Shown in pieces: positions 1 to 8,015 of a DNA stretch of 64,000 nucleotides. The position numbers and the translations under genes were made by a program. The notes beneath the pieces were generated by a model, which was given only the letters and a program-made list of their open reading frames with translations, was not told where the DNA came from and made no database searches. Numbering within the stretch: the stretch's first letter is position 1; each line of letters begins with the position of its first letter. Source of the stretch: a virus; the IMG/VR virus record IMGVR_UViG_3300047554_000338, positions 7,150-71,149 of that record, one strand, 5' to 3'.

Positions 1-319
1 CGACGTAGATCGTGGACTCACCACCGTGGCCATTGTTGAGCGTGATCTTGAGCTCGGACTCGTTTGGCGGTTTGGACCAGTACGGCCGCGACAAATCTTT
101 GAGGTAGGTCCACGCCACGCGCTTGGCCTGGTCCCGTTGGGGCGCCAGGTACGCAAATTGGGGCTTAGGCAGCGCTGTCTCGAGCGCGCCGATCACCAGG
201 TCAGCGCACATGGCCACCGTTTTGCCGGCACGCCGGTGTGCAACGACGACAGTCCAGCGCTTGTCCCGGTTGTGCAGCGGCAGGAACACGTCCCGCGGTT
301 GGTATTCCGCGAGATTCAC
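1..319 (-). CDS. terL: Terminase large subunit, N-terminal part (runs off window)
   Basis: Manual translation from GTG at 319: MNLAEYQPRDVFLPLHNRDKRWTVVVAHRRAGKT (Walker A); paralog of 34052..35395. Confidence 0.88.
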   Translation of the reverse strand, partial: MNLAEYQPRDVFLPLHNRDKRWTVVVAHRRAGKTVAMCADLVIGALETALPKPQFAYLAPQRDQAKRVAWTYLKDLSRPYWSKPPNESELKITLNNGHGGESTIYV

Positions 320-648
320 TTGCCCAACCTCTCGAGCTCACGGTCCAGGTACCAGCGCGCCTTCTTCAGGTCCTCGATCGGGCTGTCGGACTTTAGGCCT
401 GCGCGCCAGATGTACTTCATCGCGTTGCCCAAGCAGAAATTCATGTGCTCGGTGATCTGGATGCACTCGACGCCCGAGGGGTGCTCGGTGTAGTGCTTGG
501 GGTGGTTGACCGCATCGTTAGGCTTTTTGGTCTTAGGGCTTTGGTCCCAGCTGGGCGCAAAGATGCAGTCGGGCTTGTGGGCCTCGATCGGGGAGGTTTG
601 GCAGTCAGGGCAGTGCCAGGGGCCGATGGGTGGTGTCGTGGTGCTCAT
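316..648 (-). CDS. DUF3310 family protein (T7 gp1.7-like nucleotide kinase fold)
   Basis: DAVNHPKHY...ECI...FCLGNAMKYIWRAGLK...EDLKKARWYL signature. Confidence 0.8.
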   Translation of the reverse strand: MSTTTPPIGPWHCPDCQTSPIEAHKPDCIFAPSWDQSPKTKKPNDAVNHPKHYTEHPSGVECIQITEHMNFCLGNAMKYIWRAGLKSDSPIEDLKKARWYLDRELERLGK

Positions 649-831
649 GTTGCGTTTTTCTCAGAGTGCTTTTTTTGGTTTCAGAAATTGGGGAGGGGGC
701 CCCGGCCCGCGCCTGACACCCCCCTGCCGATCGACGGGGGGTGGGGGGTCTGGAAATTCCAAGACGGGGCCAAGGCCTGGCCAGATCGACGCAGGCGAGG
801 CGATCGACAGCGAGGCAAGGGCCTGGTAGCG

Positions 832-1434
832 TCACGGTGCATTAGCGTCTCCTACGGGCTCCTGCCCTGCCGTGCCTGCCGCCGCCGGCGACCCTGCCGC
901 CGCTGGTACCGGATCAATAATCCGGTATGCCCCGCTCGAATCCCTTTGTAGATCAACAACTTGCGTGACTACGTCCGCAGGTTGTGCCACGGTTGTGCCA
1001 ATCTGACGCGTGCCAAGCCATGAAAGCTGCACCTGCACGCCGCCTTCGACGTTCGCGTTGATCTGTGTCGGCAGCACCTTGCTCACCAGGCCCACGAACG
1101 CGGCCCGATCGCTCGAGGTGCCCTCGGCCAGCTTGGCCAAGTACTGAGCGCCGCCGACCTGGTCGAACGCCTCGAGCACGGCCTCGCGCAGGTTGGTGAG
1201 CCGGTTCTTTGTGCCTGGTGCGCGCCCTGGGCCGGCCGGCACCGGCTGCCCGTTTTTCGGGCTCACCGCCGTCCCCTTGGGGCGCGGCTTGCCGTCCCTC
1301 GGATTCCAGGGCTTTTCCGGTCTTTGCGGCGTTTCTGACGCGCCAGGCGTTGAGTCAGCCTCAGCGGGCATCGCCGCCCTCAGCACAGCCTCTTGCAGCT
1401 GCTGACCGATGTCCTGTTGTTGGGTTTCAATCAT
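832..1434 (-). CDS. Probable terminase small subunit
   Basis: GRAPGTKNRLT..LREAVLEAF..VGG..YL motif; lies upstream of terL. Confidence 0.6.
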   Translation of the reverse strand: MIETQQQDIGQQLQEAVLRAAMPAEADSTPGASETPQRPEKPWNPRDGKPRPKGTAVSPKNGQPVPAGPGRAPGTKNRLTNLREAVLEAFDQVGGAQYLAKLAEGTSSDRAAFVGLVSKVLPTQINANVEGGVQVQLSWLGTRQIGTTVAQPADVVTQVVDLQRDSSGAYRIIDPVPAAAGSPAAAGTAGQEPVGDANAP

Positions 1435-1909
1435 GTCGCGATTCTCCCATCACGCGTTAGACGCGACAGCCGCGAACAGCAAAAAGACCAGGAAGCCTTG
1501 CCAGCCCCCGATCGAATACCCAGCCACTGCCGCGCAGATGTAGAGCGCTGTGGCTACCTCATGCTTAGCCCTTTCGGCCTTGATCGCTCTCAATTCCAAG
1601 TCGCTCATATGCGTTTCTCCTGACAGTCCGGTGCACCCAAAATCTGCACCGCACTTAACTCACACTCTATACAGAGTGAGTGCGGTGCACCCCTGGAGGG
1701 GGTTGCACGCACACTTGCACTCGACTGCGCCGCACTCTGCTCCGAACTAGTTCGATGCACTTCGGTGCAGCCCATCCTAGCCGGGCAATTTCTGCCCTGG
1801 TTGCAGTTGCCATAGCATGGTGGGCATGTCTTATTCCTGCCAAAGATCCTGTCCCAGCTCTCTTGGTAGCCCTGCCCTGGCCTACGGCCTGAACCTTTAC
1901 CGCCATCGC

Positions 1910-2152
1910 TCATGTGTTCTTCTCCTTAAGTTTGGCTTCAATGGCTCGGTAAAAAACACTACCTTGACCGCTATAACACTCCCACACTTCCTCATCCGTC
2001 AGCCCTACCCATGCGCGCTCTGGCTGCAAATTAACAATTGCCCATTCCAACGAGCCAAGCTCAGCAAGATCGAAACTGTTCTTGTGGTCACGCGACTTCA
2101 AAAAGTCCACGCGCCGTTGTAGGGTCTTCAGGTGTTCACTGGGCATTCTCAT
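1910..2152 (-). CDS. Hypothetical phage protein (LTDEE...RAIEA module)
   Basis: Overlapping start/stop with neighbours; C-terminal module shared with 12798..13043 and 36983..37402. Confidence 0.6.
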   Translation of the reverse strand: MRMPSEHLKTLQRRVDFLKSRDHKNSFDLAELGSLEWAIVNLQPERAWVGLTDEEVWECYSGQGSVFYRAIEAKLKEKNT

Positions 2153-2388
2153 GCTTTGCCCTCCAAGATCTGAAGCGCCGCCTGGAAGCCCGCCAAACCA
2201 CCCACCCGCTGATCCCCGATGAAGATCTGGGGCATCTGCTTCACGTCAGGGTAGGCAGCCATGAAGTTAGCTCTGCGCTCGCCCACCTCGATGTCCACCT
2301 CCTGGACCTCGAGCCCTTTGATGTGCGCCAGCTTCTTGGCGGCCACACAGTTAGGGCAGTTGGCTTTTGTGTAGATCGTGACTTTCAT
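2149..2388 (-). CDS. Glutaredoxin
   Basis: IYTK..CPNC active site and MPQIFI...VGG motif. Confidence 0.88.
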   Translation of the reverse strand: MKVTIYTKANCPNCVAAKKLAHIKGLEVQEVDIEVGERRANFMAAYPDVKQMPQIFIGDQRVGGLAGFQAALQILEGKA

Positions 2389-4520
2389 GCTTCCTCCCTT
2401 TGCGACCACGCAGGCCCAGCACCTGATCCCAGGGCCACGCGTGTACTACCTTGCTCGGTCAGTGCCAACCGATAGCCGATGCCTCGGTTGCCCTTTTTGT
2501 ATGGCTCCATGTGCACCAGCTGCTCGACCTCGAGGTCACGCAGCATGGTGAAGAAGCCTTTGCGGTCCAAGCTGCCTGGATACTCTGGGTCATCACGCAG
2601 GCACACATAGGCATTGGTTGGTGCGTTGACCTTTGTGGACATGTTCACGCCCTGGTCAGCGTGACGTTTGACTAATTTCAGAATCGCAGCACGTTGGGCG
2701 TTTCTCACCAGCGTGGCCGCAAGCTTGTTGCCTGGTGCAGTACCAAAGCGCTTGAACACCTTGGCGCCGGTGTCGAACTCGAGGCGGATCTCTTCCTGGA
2801 GCGGGCCCAGGTTGCACTTCTCATGACGCACGACGATCGCGCCTGAGTCCTCACGCACCATGGCCCAGCGTGACCGTGCACTGTTGTTCCAGGCAGTGGA
2901 CCCAGAGAACGTGCTGTTGCTGTCCAGGCCTGCGCCAGCTCGCACACTGGCTTTGTCAACGTGGGCCAGGAGCAGCATGCCGGCGCCTGTGCCGTGAGCA
3001 ATCGTGTTCAGGCAGCGCATGAACCCGCGCACGCATGTCCGATCGTTCTCGTTGTCCGCGAACACGTCGGACGCGTTGTCGATGATCACTGTCTCAGCAC
3101 GGTGACGCACGACAGCATCAGCCAACCACTGCATACGCTCGGTGGGTGCACCGTTTCTCCAGAGCACACAGTCTGTTTGCGTCATGTCGTACACCATCAT
3201 CCTGCCGGCGAGCTCTGACATCTGGATGCCCAGGTCTTGGCAGATGTTGGCCACGCGGAAGTGAACCGTCCTGCCCTCGTCCTCACCAGAGATGACAAGC
3301 ACGCGGCTGGGTTTGGTGGACACACCAACAAATTCACGGCCGGTGGCCAGAGCTACGCCGGCCTGAAGGGATAGGTTGGACTTGCCCACGCCACCATTGG
3401 CAGCCAGGAGCGTGACGGTGCGCTCAGGCAGCCAGCCCTCGATGCGCCACTGGGTTGGCTCAGGCTCTATGCGTTCAAGCTCATCCCAGTCCAGGGGCGC
3501 GAGTTGACCATTTGTCGGTTGAGGGCTTTGTTCACTTTGATCTAGGTTCAAGTTGACGGTAATCTGCGGCGCTTTCCGCTCTTCGGGTAAGTACTTCTCC
3601 GCAGACTTAACGGCACGCGGGACCTCAGCGCGCCGCGTTTGCCACCGACGCAGCTCCTCCTCATCACGCGTCGATGGCTTGACCTGATCCATCAGGCTGT
3701 ACAGGAATTCGACCGCGGCGCCTGGGAACATGCCGCCTGAAATCAATGATGCTGCGAGGCGTGTGATGTTTTCATGGTAGGCCCGTTGCTCCGGTTGGGG
3801 ATCAGTCAGGCCAGCGATCATCTCGCCGGCATGAGTGCCTGTGCCCGACCCTTTGGTGCTCGAGCTGGTGCGCTCGATCGCGGCCGCCATGCGCAGGTTG
3901 TCCAGGTCCACGCCAAACGCGGAGCACGCATCAGCCAGCGTCCAGCGAATGTTGGGGTTCCACATAACCATCTGCACCTTCCACGGGCCCGCGGCGCGAG
4001 GCTTGGTGTTGGTGCCCTCAGGCAGCCGGACGTAGCGCACGCAGGCATTGCCCGACGCGTCATTGCTTCGACCTCGAGCTGCAAACGAGCTCATCACGCG
4101 GTCGATCAGCTGGCGGTTGTAGGTGTCGGGATCGTCACAGTCCAAGAAGATGCCGACCTGGTGCTTGCCTGGGCTGGTTTGCAGCGCGTAAGAACAGTTG
4201 TCGATCTCTTCGATCGGCACGTCGTCCAGCGTCAGCACAGCCAGGCGCACGAAGCAGTCTTTGCGCCGGAAGAACTCGCCGTCGTCAGTTGGCTGCAGCA
4301 CAGCCGTGCAGAAGTACGCGTTGTCATCCTTCGCGTTGTCGATCAAGCCAGCCTGTGCAGGCGTGCCCTTGTAGAAGCGCCCACCCCAAACGAGGGGCGG
4401 CGCATTGCCGGGATCGGCTCGGAAGGTGGTGATCCATCCGAACTCGTTATCGCCCAGGGCCCCGTACACCTCGGCCAGGAAATCGCTGTTGGTCATGGTC
4501 TGTTGTTGTTCGTACACCAT
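2385..4520 (-). CDS. Primase-helicase replication protein (RepB-like primase + AAA_25/RepA helicase + C-terminal winged helix)
   Basis: LDDV..LQTSPG..Q primase-like motif; AANGGVGKS Walker A; IIDNAS Walker B; LLAH and GSTAW motifs; start corrected from paralog alignment. Confidence 0.82.
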   Translation of the reverse strand: MVYEQQQTMTNSDFLAEVYGALGDNEFGWITTFRADPGNAPPLVWGGRFYKGTPAQAGLIDNAKDDNAYFCTAVLQPTDDGEFFRRKDCFVRLAVLTLDDVPIEEIDNCSYALQTSPGKHQVGIFLDCDDPDTYNRQLIDRVMSSFAARGRSNDASGNACVRYVRLPEGTNTKPRAAGPWKVQMVMWNPNIRWTLADACSAFGVDLDNLRMAAAIERTSSSTKGSGTGTHAGEMIAGLTDPQPEQRAYHENITRLAASLISGGMFPGAAVEFLYSLMDQVKPSTRDEEELRRWQTRRAEVPRAVKSAEKYLPEERKAPQITVNLNLDQSEQSPQPTNGQLAPLDWDELERIEPEPTQWRIEGWLPERTVTLLAANGGVGKSNLSLQAGVALATGREFVGVSTKPSRVLVISGEDEGRTVHFRVANICQDLGIQMSELAGRMMVYDMTQTDCVLWRNGAPTERMQWLADAVVRHRAETVIIDNASDVFADNENDRTCVRGFMRCLNTIAHGTGAGMLLLAHVDKASVRAGAGLDSNSTFSGSTAWNNSARSRWAMVREDSGAIVVRHEKCNLGPLQEEIRLEFDTGAKVFKRFGTAPGNKLAATLVRNAQRAAILKLVKRHADQGVNMSTKVNAPTNAYVCLRDDPEYPGSLDRKGFFTMLRDLEVEQLVHMEPYKKGNRGIGYRLALTEQGSTRVALGSGAGPAWSQREEA

Positions 4521-4522
4521 GA

Positions 4523-4765
4523 TCAAGCCTCGAGGGCAGCCAGCTCCTTTAACGTCAGGCGCACGCGGCGTTCCTGGGCGAGTCGCATGAGCTGCGACCA
4601 GTGCCTCTGGGGTATCACCCCGCCCGTACCTTGGGGGAATGGCGAGCACCAGCGCGAGAGCGTCGAGGTGGCCAGGTCCAGGTGCTGCGCGACCTGGCTC
4701 TTGCCGCCGAGTTTCTCGATCACGGTGTATGCGGGCTCGAGGGTATGAATCGTGGGAATGGTCAT
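4523..4765 (-). CDS. Cro-like HTH regulator
   Basis: VIEKLGG..VA..L....STLSRW...IP motif; divergent from the repressor. Confidence 0.75.
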   Translation of the reverse strand: MTIPTIHTLEPAYTVIEKLGGKSQVAQHLDLATSTLSRWCSPFPQGTGGVIPQRHWSQLMRLAQERRVRLTLKELAALEA

Positions 4766-4784
4766 CTTGTGTTTCTCCTACTGA

Positions 4785-4818
4785 ATTGCGATTGACTCAA
4801 TACTGAGTATATGGCACC
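4785..4818. promoter_or_regulatory. Tandem 17-bp operators in the CI/Cro intergenic region
   Basis: ATTGCG-ATTGA-CTCAAT followed by ACTGAG-TATAT-GGCACC; equivalent pair at 40433..40466. Confidence 0.65.
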
Positions 4819-4821
4819 TTT

Positions 4822-5421
4822 ATGCTTACCATGACCATGCAGACCGATTGGTTCAAACAGAAGCTCGCTGAACGCAAGCTGTCACAGCGCCAGCTGGCCA
4901 AACAAATGGGGCTCGATCCTGCGGCCATCTCGCTGATGTTTCGTGATCAGCGCAAGATGACCAATGAGGAAGCGCACTTTATCGCAAGCACGCTAGGCGT
5001 CCCTGTTACTGAGGTGCTGCGCCAGGCAGGCATCGAGGTAAGTGAAGATGTCAGGCGCGTGAAAGTCACTGGGTATATTGGCAAGGACAGCTGCGTGACG
5101 CTGTTTCCCAAGCGCACGCACGACAAGGTGATCGGCCCTGCTGACTGCCCCGAGGGAACGTATGCGCTGCAGGTGCGCAACCCTAGCAGCCCGAAAGACG
5201 GTTGGATGTTTTTCATCTCACCAGCTGAAGACGATCCGCGTGCGAACCTTGGCCGCGTGTGCTGCGTGGCACTCGAGAACGGCGAGCACATCATCGCCGT
5301 CGTGCAGCGCGGCTACCGCACTGGCACGTTCAATCTGATCAACGGCTCCAATGGCGAGGCGGTGCGCACTGACGCAGGCCTTGTCTGGTCGTCTCCCATA
5401 CTCTGGATCAAGCCCACCTGA
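4822..5421 (+). CDS. CI-like repressor (XRE HTH + degenerate S24-like C-terminal domain)
   Basis: KLSQRQLAKQMGLDPAAISLM HTH; YALQV...DG...CCVAL beta-rich C-terminus. Confidence 0.8.
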   Translation: MLTMTMQTDWFKQKLAERKLSQRQLAKQMGLDPAAISLMFRDQRKMTNEEAHFIASTLGVPVTEVLRQAGIEVSEDVRRVKVTGYIGKDSCVTLFPKRTHDKVIGPADCPEGTYALQVRNPSSPKDGWMFFISPAEDDPRANLGRVCCVALENGEHIIAVVQRGYRTGTFNLINGSNGEAVRTDAGLVWSSPILWIKPT

Positions 5422-5535
5422 TGAGCCTGGGGGTAATAACCCCATGCTCTTGTCGGGATAGTGTTGTGCTTTTCGCATCGTTGTGGCCAAATCACTTTCA
5501 CAGCAATAACGCTGTTGAACTAAGGAACACAAACG

Positions 5536-5745
5536 ATGAACGCAGAACAGAAATACCGCGCAGCCCTCGCCAGTCACGACTGGTACTACGACTACAGCGA
5601 CGACTACAGCGCCTGGTCTCGTGGCCGTGACGAGCGCAATGCTCTAAACGCCGCACGCCGCACGCTCGATGCAGACAGCGCCATCTGGAACGAGTACGCG
5701 CCCAAGCAATACCAAGCAATCACAAAAACGGAAACATCAAAATGA
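5536..5745 (+). CDS. Hypothetical early protein
   Basis: AAGGA RBS; conserved at 41421..41630 (HDWYYDYSDD). Confidence 0.7.
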   Translation: MNAEQKYRAALASHDWYYDYSDDYSAWSRGRDERNALNAARRTLDADSAIWNEYAPKQYQAITKTETSK

Positions 5746-5915
5746 AACTCTCTCACTACCAAACCCCCCGCACCCTCGCTGACTGCACATTCGAAGTTGG
5801 CCACCCTGAAGCTCGCGGCAGCGAGCCCATGCTCGAAAGCATTGCCGGCTACATCCTGGCCATCGCGATCGGTGTCGGCATGGCCTGCTTGCTCGTTGCA
5901 TGGTGGTCGTCATGA
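5742..5915 (+). CDS. Small single-TM protein (57 aa; below ORF-track cutoff)
   Basis: MKLSHYQTPRTLADCTF...ILAIAIGVGMACLLVAWWSS; ATGA overlaps; conserved at 41627..41800. Confidence 0.65.
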   Translation: MKLSHYQTPRTLADCTFEVGHPEARGSEPMLESIAGYILAIAIGVGMACLLVAWWSS

Positions 5916-6175
5916 GCGAACCAGCATTTCCTTTACACGCACACATTGACCGTTACAAAGACGGTGAACACACGGTGAATGAAGGCATGTCCTTGCGCGA
6001 CTACTTTGCTGCCAAGGCATTGCAAGGCATTTTGACCAACGGTGGCTGGGTATCAATGTACGTTGAAACAGTTTCCAAGGATGGCCCTTTAGAAAACATG
6101 TCACTGGTCGCGGAATTGCTTTGTGATGATGTTTACTCTTTCGCAGACGCCATGCTGAAAGTGAGGGGCGAATGA
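5912..6175 (+). CDS. Hypothetical phage protein
   Basis: PAFP...GMSLRDYFAAKALQG...ADAMLK motif common in phages; copy 1 only. Confidence 0.7.
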   Translation: MSEPAFPLHAHIDRYKDGEHTVNEGMSLRDYFAAKALQGILTNGGWVSMYVETVSKDGPLENMSLVAELLCDDVYSFADAMLKVRGE

Positions 6176-6357
6176 ACTGTCCCCGCTGCGGCTCATGGTC
6201 TGACGTACTAGAGACGCGCACGCGTTTGGATGGCAGCAAGCGCCGCCGCTACCAGTGCGCCAATTAGCACCGCTTCAGCACAGAAGAACGACATGTCGCT
6301 GAACTCAAACCCAAACCCTTCGCACAAAAGATCATCGAAAAACTTTCAAATGACTGA
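6172..6357 (+). pseudogene. NrdR-N-like zinc-ribbon protein interrupted by in-frame TAG
   Basis: MNCPRCG..SDVLETR...RRRYQCAN*HRFSTEE; TAG at 6265-6267. Confidence 0.6.
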
Positions 6358-6405
6358 TGCGAATTTCACAATCCCACGACGGCCTCAACTTTTAAGGAAA
6401 TAAAA

Positions 6406-7152
6406 ATGGCTTTTGATCTCTCCTCCATCTCGCGCACAAAGCGCATGCGTGCCCCCAAGATCGTCATTGCCGGCCCCGGCAAGATCGGCAAGACGACCTT
6501 TGCGTCGATGGCGCCCAACGCGATCGGCATCTTGACCGAGGACGGCGCCGACGCAGTCGATGCGTCTGCCTTCCCCCTGGCCACATCACTCGACCAGGTC
6601 TACGAAGCGATCGGCACGCTGCTCGAGCAAGAGCACGACTATCAGACAGTCTTCATGGACTCGCTCGACTGGCTCGAGCCGCTGATTCACGCGCACGTCT
6701 GCAAGGCCAACAAGTGGGCAACCATCGAGGCAGCCGGTTACGGCAAGGGCTACATCGCTGCAGCCGATGAGTGGCGCAACCTGCTCAACGGCCTCGAGGC
6801 CTTGCGCCAGCAGCGCAACATGGCCGTGATCTTGATCGCGCACGACAAGATCAAGCACTTCGAATCACCACTGCACGACGGTTATGACCAATACGTTTTG
6901 AAGCTGCACGACCGCGCTGCAGCTTTGGTCCAGGAATGGGCAGACGTCATCGGCTGGGCCAACTACCGCATCGTCACGACGCAGTCAGACGCCGGCTACG
7001 GCAACAAAGAAACAAAGGCCCGCACGACGGGCGACCGAATTCTTCACGTCGAACCTCACCCCGCTCACATGGGCGGCAACAGGTTTGGCTTGAAGAACAT
7101 GAAGCTCGACTGGGCTGAATTCGCTGCGGCATTGACCGCGTCTCAAAACTGA
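6406..7152 (+). CDS. AAA_24 / Sak4-like ATPase (single-strand annealing)
   Basis: GPGKIGKT Walker A; MDSLDWLE Walker B; ILIAH; followed by SSB and exonuclease. Confidence 0.82.
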   Translation: MAFDLSSISRTKRMRAPKIVIAGPGKIGKTTFASMAPNAIGILTEDGADAVDASAFPLATSLDQVYEAIGTLLEQEHDYQTVFMDSLDWLEPLIHAHVCKANKWATIEAAGYGKGYIAAADEWRNLLNGLEALRQQRNMAVILIAHDKIKHFESPLHDGYDQYVLKLHDRAAALVQEWADVIGWANYRIVTTQSDAGYGNKETKARTTGDRILHVEPHPAHMGGNRFGLKNMKLDWAEFAAALTASQN

Positions 7153-7171
7153 AACTAGGAACCTTTCAAAC

Positions 7172-7651
7172 ATGGCACTCATTAACTTCAAAGCATCTGC
7201 AATCCAGATCGAAGAACGCTCCAACTCATTCGGCCCCTTGCCCGCAGGCGAGTACGAAATGATGATCGTGAAGTCGGAAACCAAACCGACCAAGGCCAAC
7301 ACCGGCCACTACCTCGAGCTCGAGATGCACGTCATCTCTGGCCAGCACTCTGGCCGCCGTCACTGGGAGCGCTTGAACCTGGACAACCCCAACCACCAGG
7401 CAGTAAAGATTGCCCAGGAGTCACTCGCCAAGCTCTGCATGGCCATCGGCATCGATGACGTCGAGGACAGCGAGCAGCTGCACGACCAGCCCTTTGTGGC
7501 CGAGATCGGCATCGACAAAAAGGACGAGACGCGCAACGTGATCTGGGGCTACCAGGGCATCGGCGGCCACATCAACAACGCCAAGCCCAAGGCTCCCGCG
7601 GCGCCAGCTCCCTCAGCTGCTCCCGCTAAATCTGCAAAACCTTGGGGCTGA
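7172..7651 (+). CDS. DUF669 family ssDNA-binding protein
   Basis: PLPAGEY motif; Pro/Ala-rich tail ending KPWG. Confidence 0.75.
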   Translation: MALINFKASAIQIEERSNSFGPLPAGEYEMMIVKSETKPTKANTGHYLELEMHVISGQHSGRRHWERLNLDNPNHQAVKIAQESLAKLCMAIGIDDVEDSEQLHDQPFVAEIGIDKKDETRNVIWGYQGIGGHINNAKPKAPAAPAPSAAPAKSAKPWG

Positions 7652-7653
7652 AC

Positions 7654-7941
7654 ATGAACACACCAGAACAAATCACACACCGCACCAGCGTGACACTCAA
7701 CGGCATGCAGGCCAAGGTCAAGCAGACCGTCTACACCGTTCTGCCTGACACGACGACCACGATCTGCCAGCTGTTCATGGAGAACGGCTACGTCATTCTC
7801 GGGACCAGCGCCTGCGTTGACCCAACGAAATTCAACAAGGCGCTTGGTGAGAAGTACGCCTACGAAGACGCGATCAACAAGGCATGGCCGCTCGAAGGCT
7901 ATCTGCTGGCTGAAGAAATCTTCCAGCGCAACAAGGCCTGA
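7654..7941 (+). CDS. N4 gp49/Sf6 gp66 family protein (candidate Acb4-like nucleotide sponge)
   Basis: TICQL..ENGY...G.SACVDP..F...LG.KYA...A..K.W.LEGYLL signature; absent in copy 2. Confidence 0.75.
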   Translation: MNTPEQITHRTSVTLNGMQAKVKQTVYTVLPDTTTTICQLFMENGYVILGTSACVDPTKFNKALGEKYAYEDAINKAWPLEGYLLAEEIFQRNKA

Positions 7942-7946
7942 TTAAC

Positions 7947-8000
7947 GGGGCCGCTGCCTCTGGGGGTTCCCGGAGGGCCGGAACAGCGGCCCCACCTTTT
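7947..8000 (+). terminator. Nested hairpin with U tract (terminator/attenuator-like)
   Basis: GGGGCCGCTG/CAGCGGCCCC outer stem, CCTCTGGG/CCCGGAGG inner stem, then ACCTTTT; conserved at 43295..43348. Confidence 0.55.
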
Positions 8001-8015
8001 AAGAACGAGAAAACG

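Noticed and set aside
3774-4748. Long antisense ORFs (also 11007..12029, 24986..25879, 27980..28822, 29056..29886, 57956..58696)
   Set aside because: Shadows of GC-rich genes on the opposite strand with no motifs, and mostly not preserved in the second copy
6265-6267. Genome-wide TAG reassignment
   Set aside because: Single instance; other genes are intact in the standard code, TAG ends 54245..56014, and there is no suppressor tRNA
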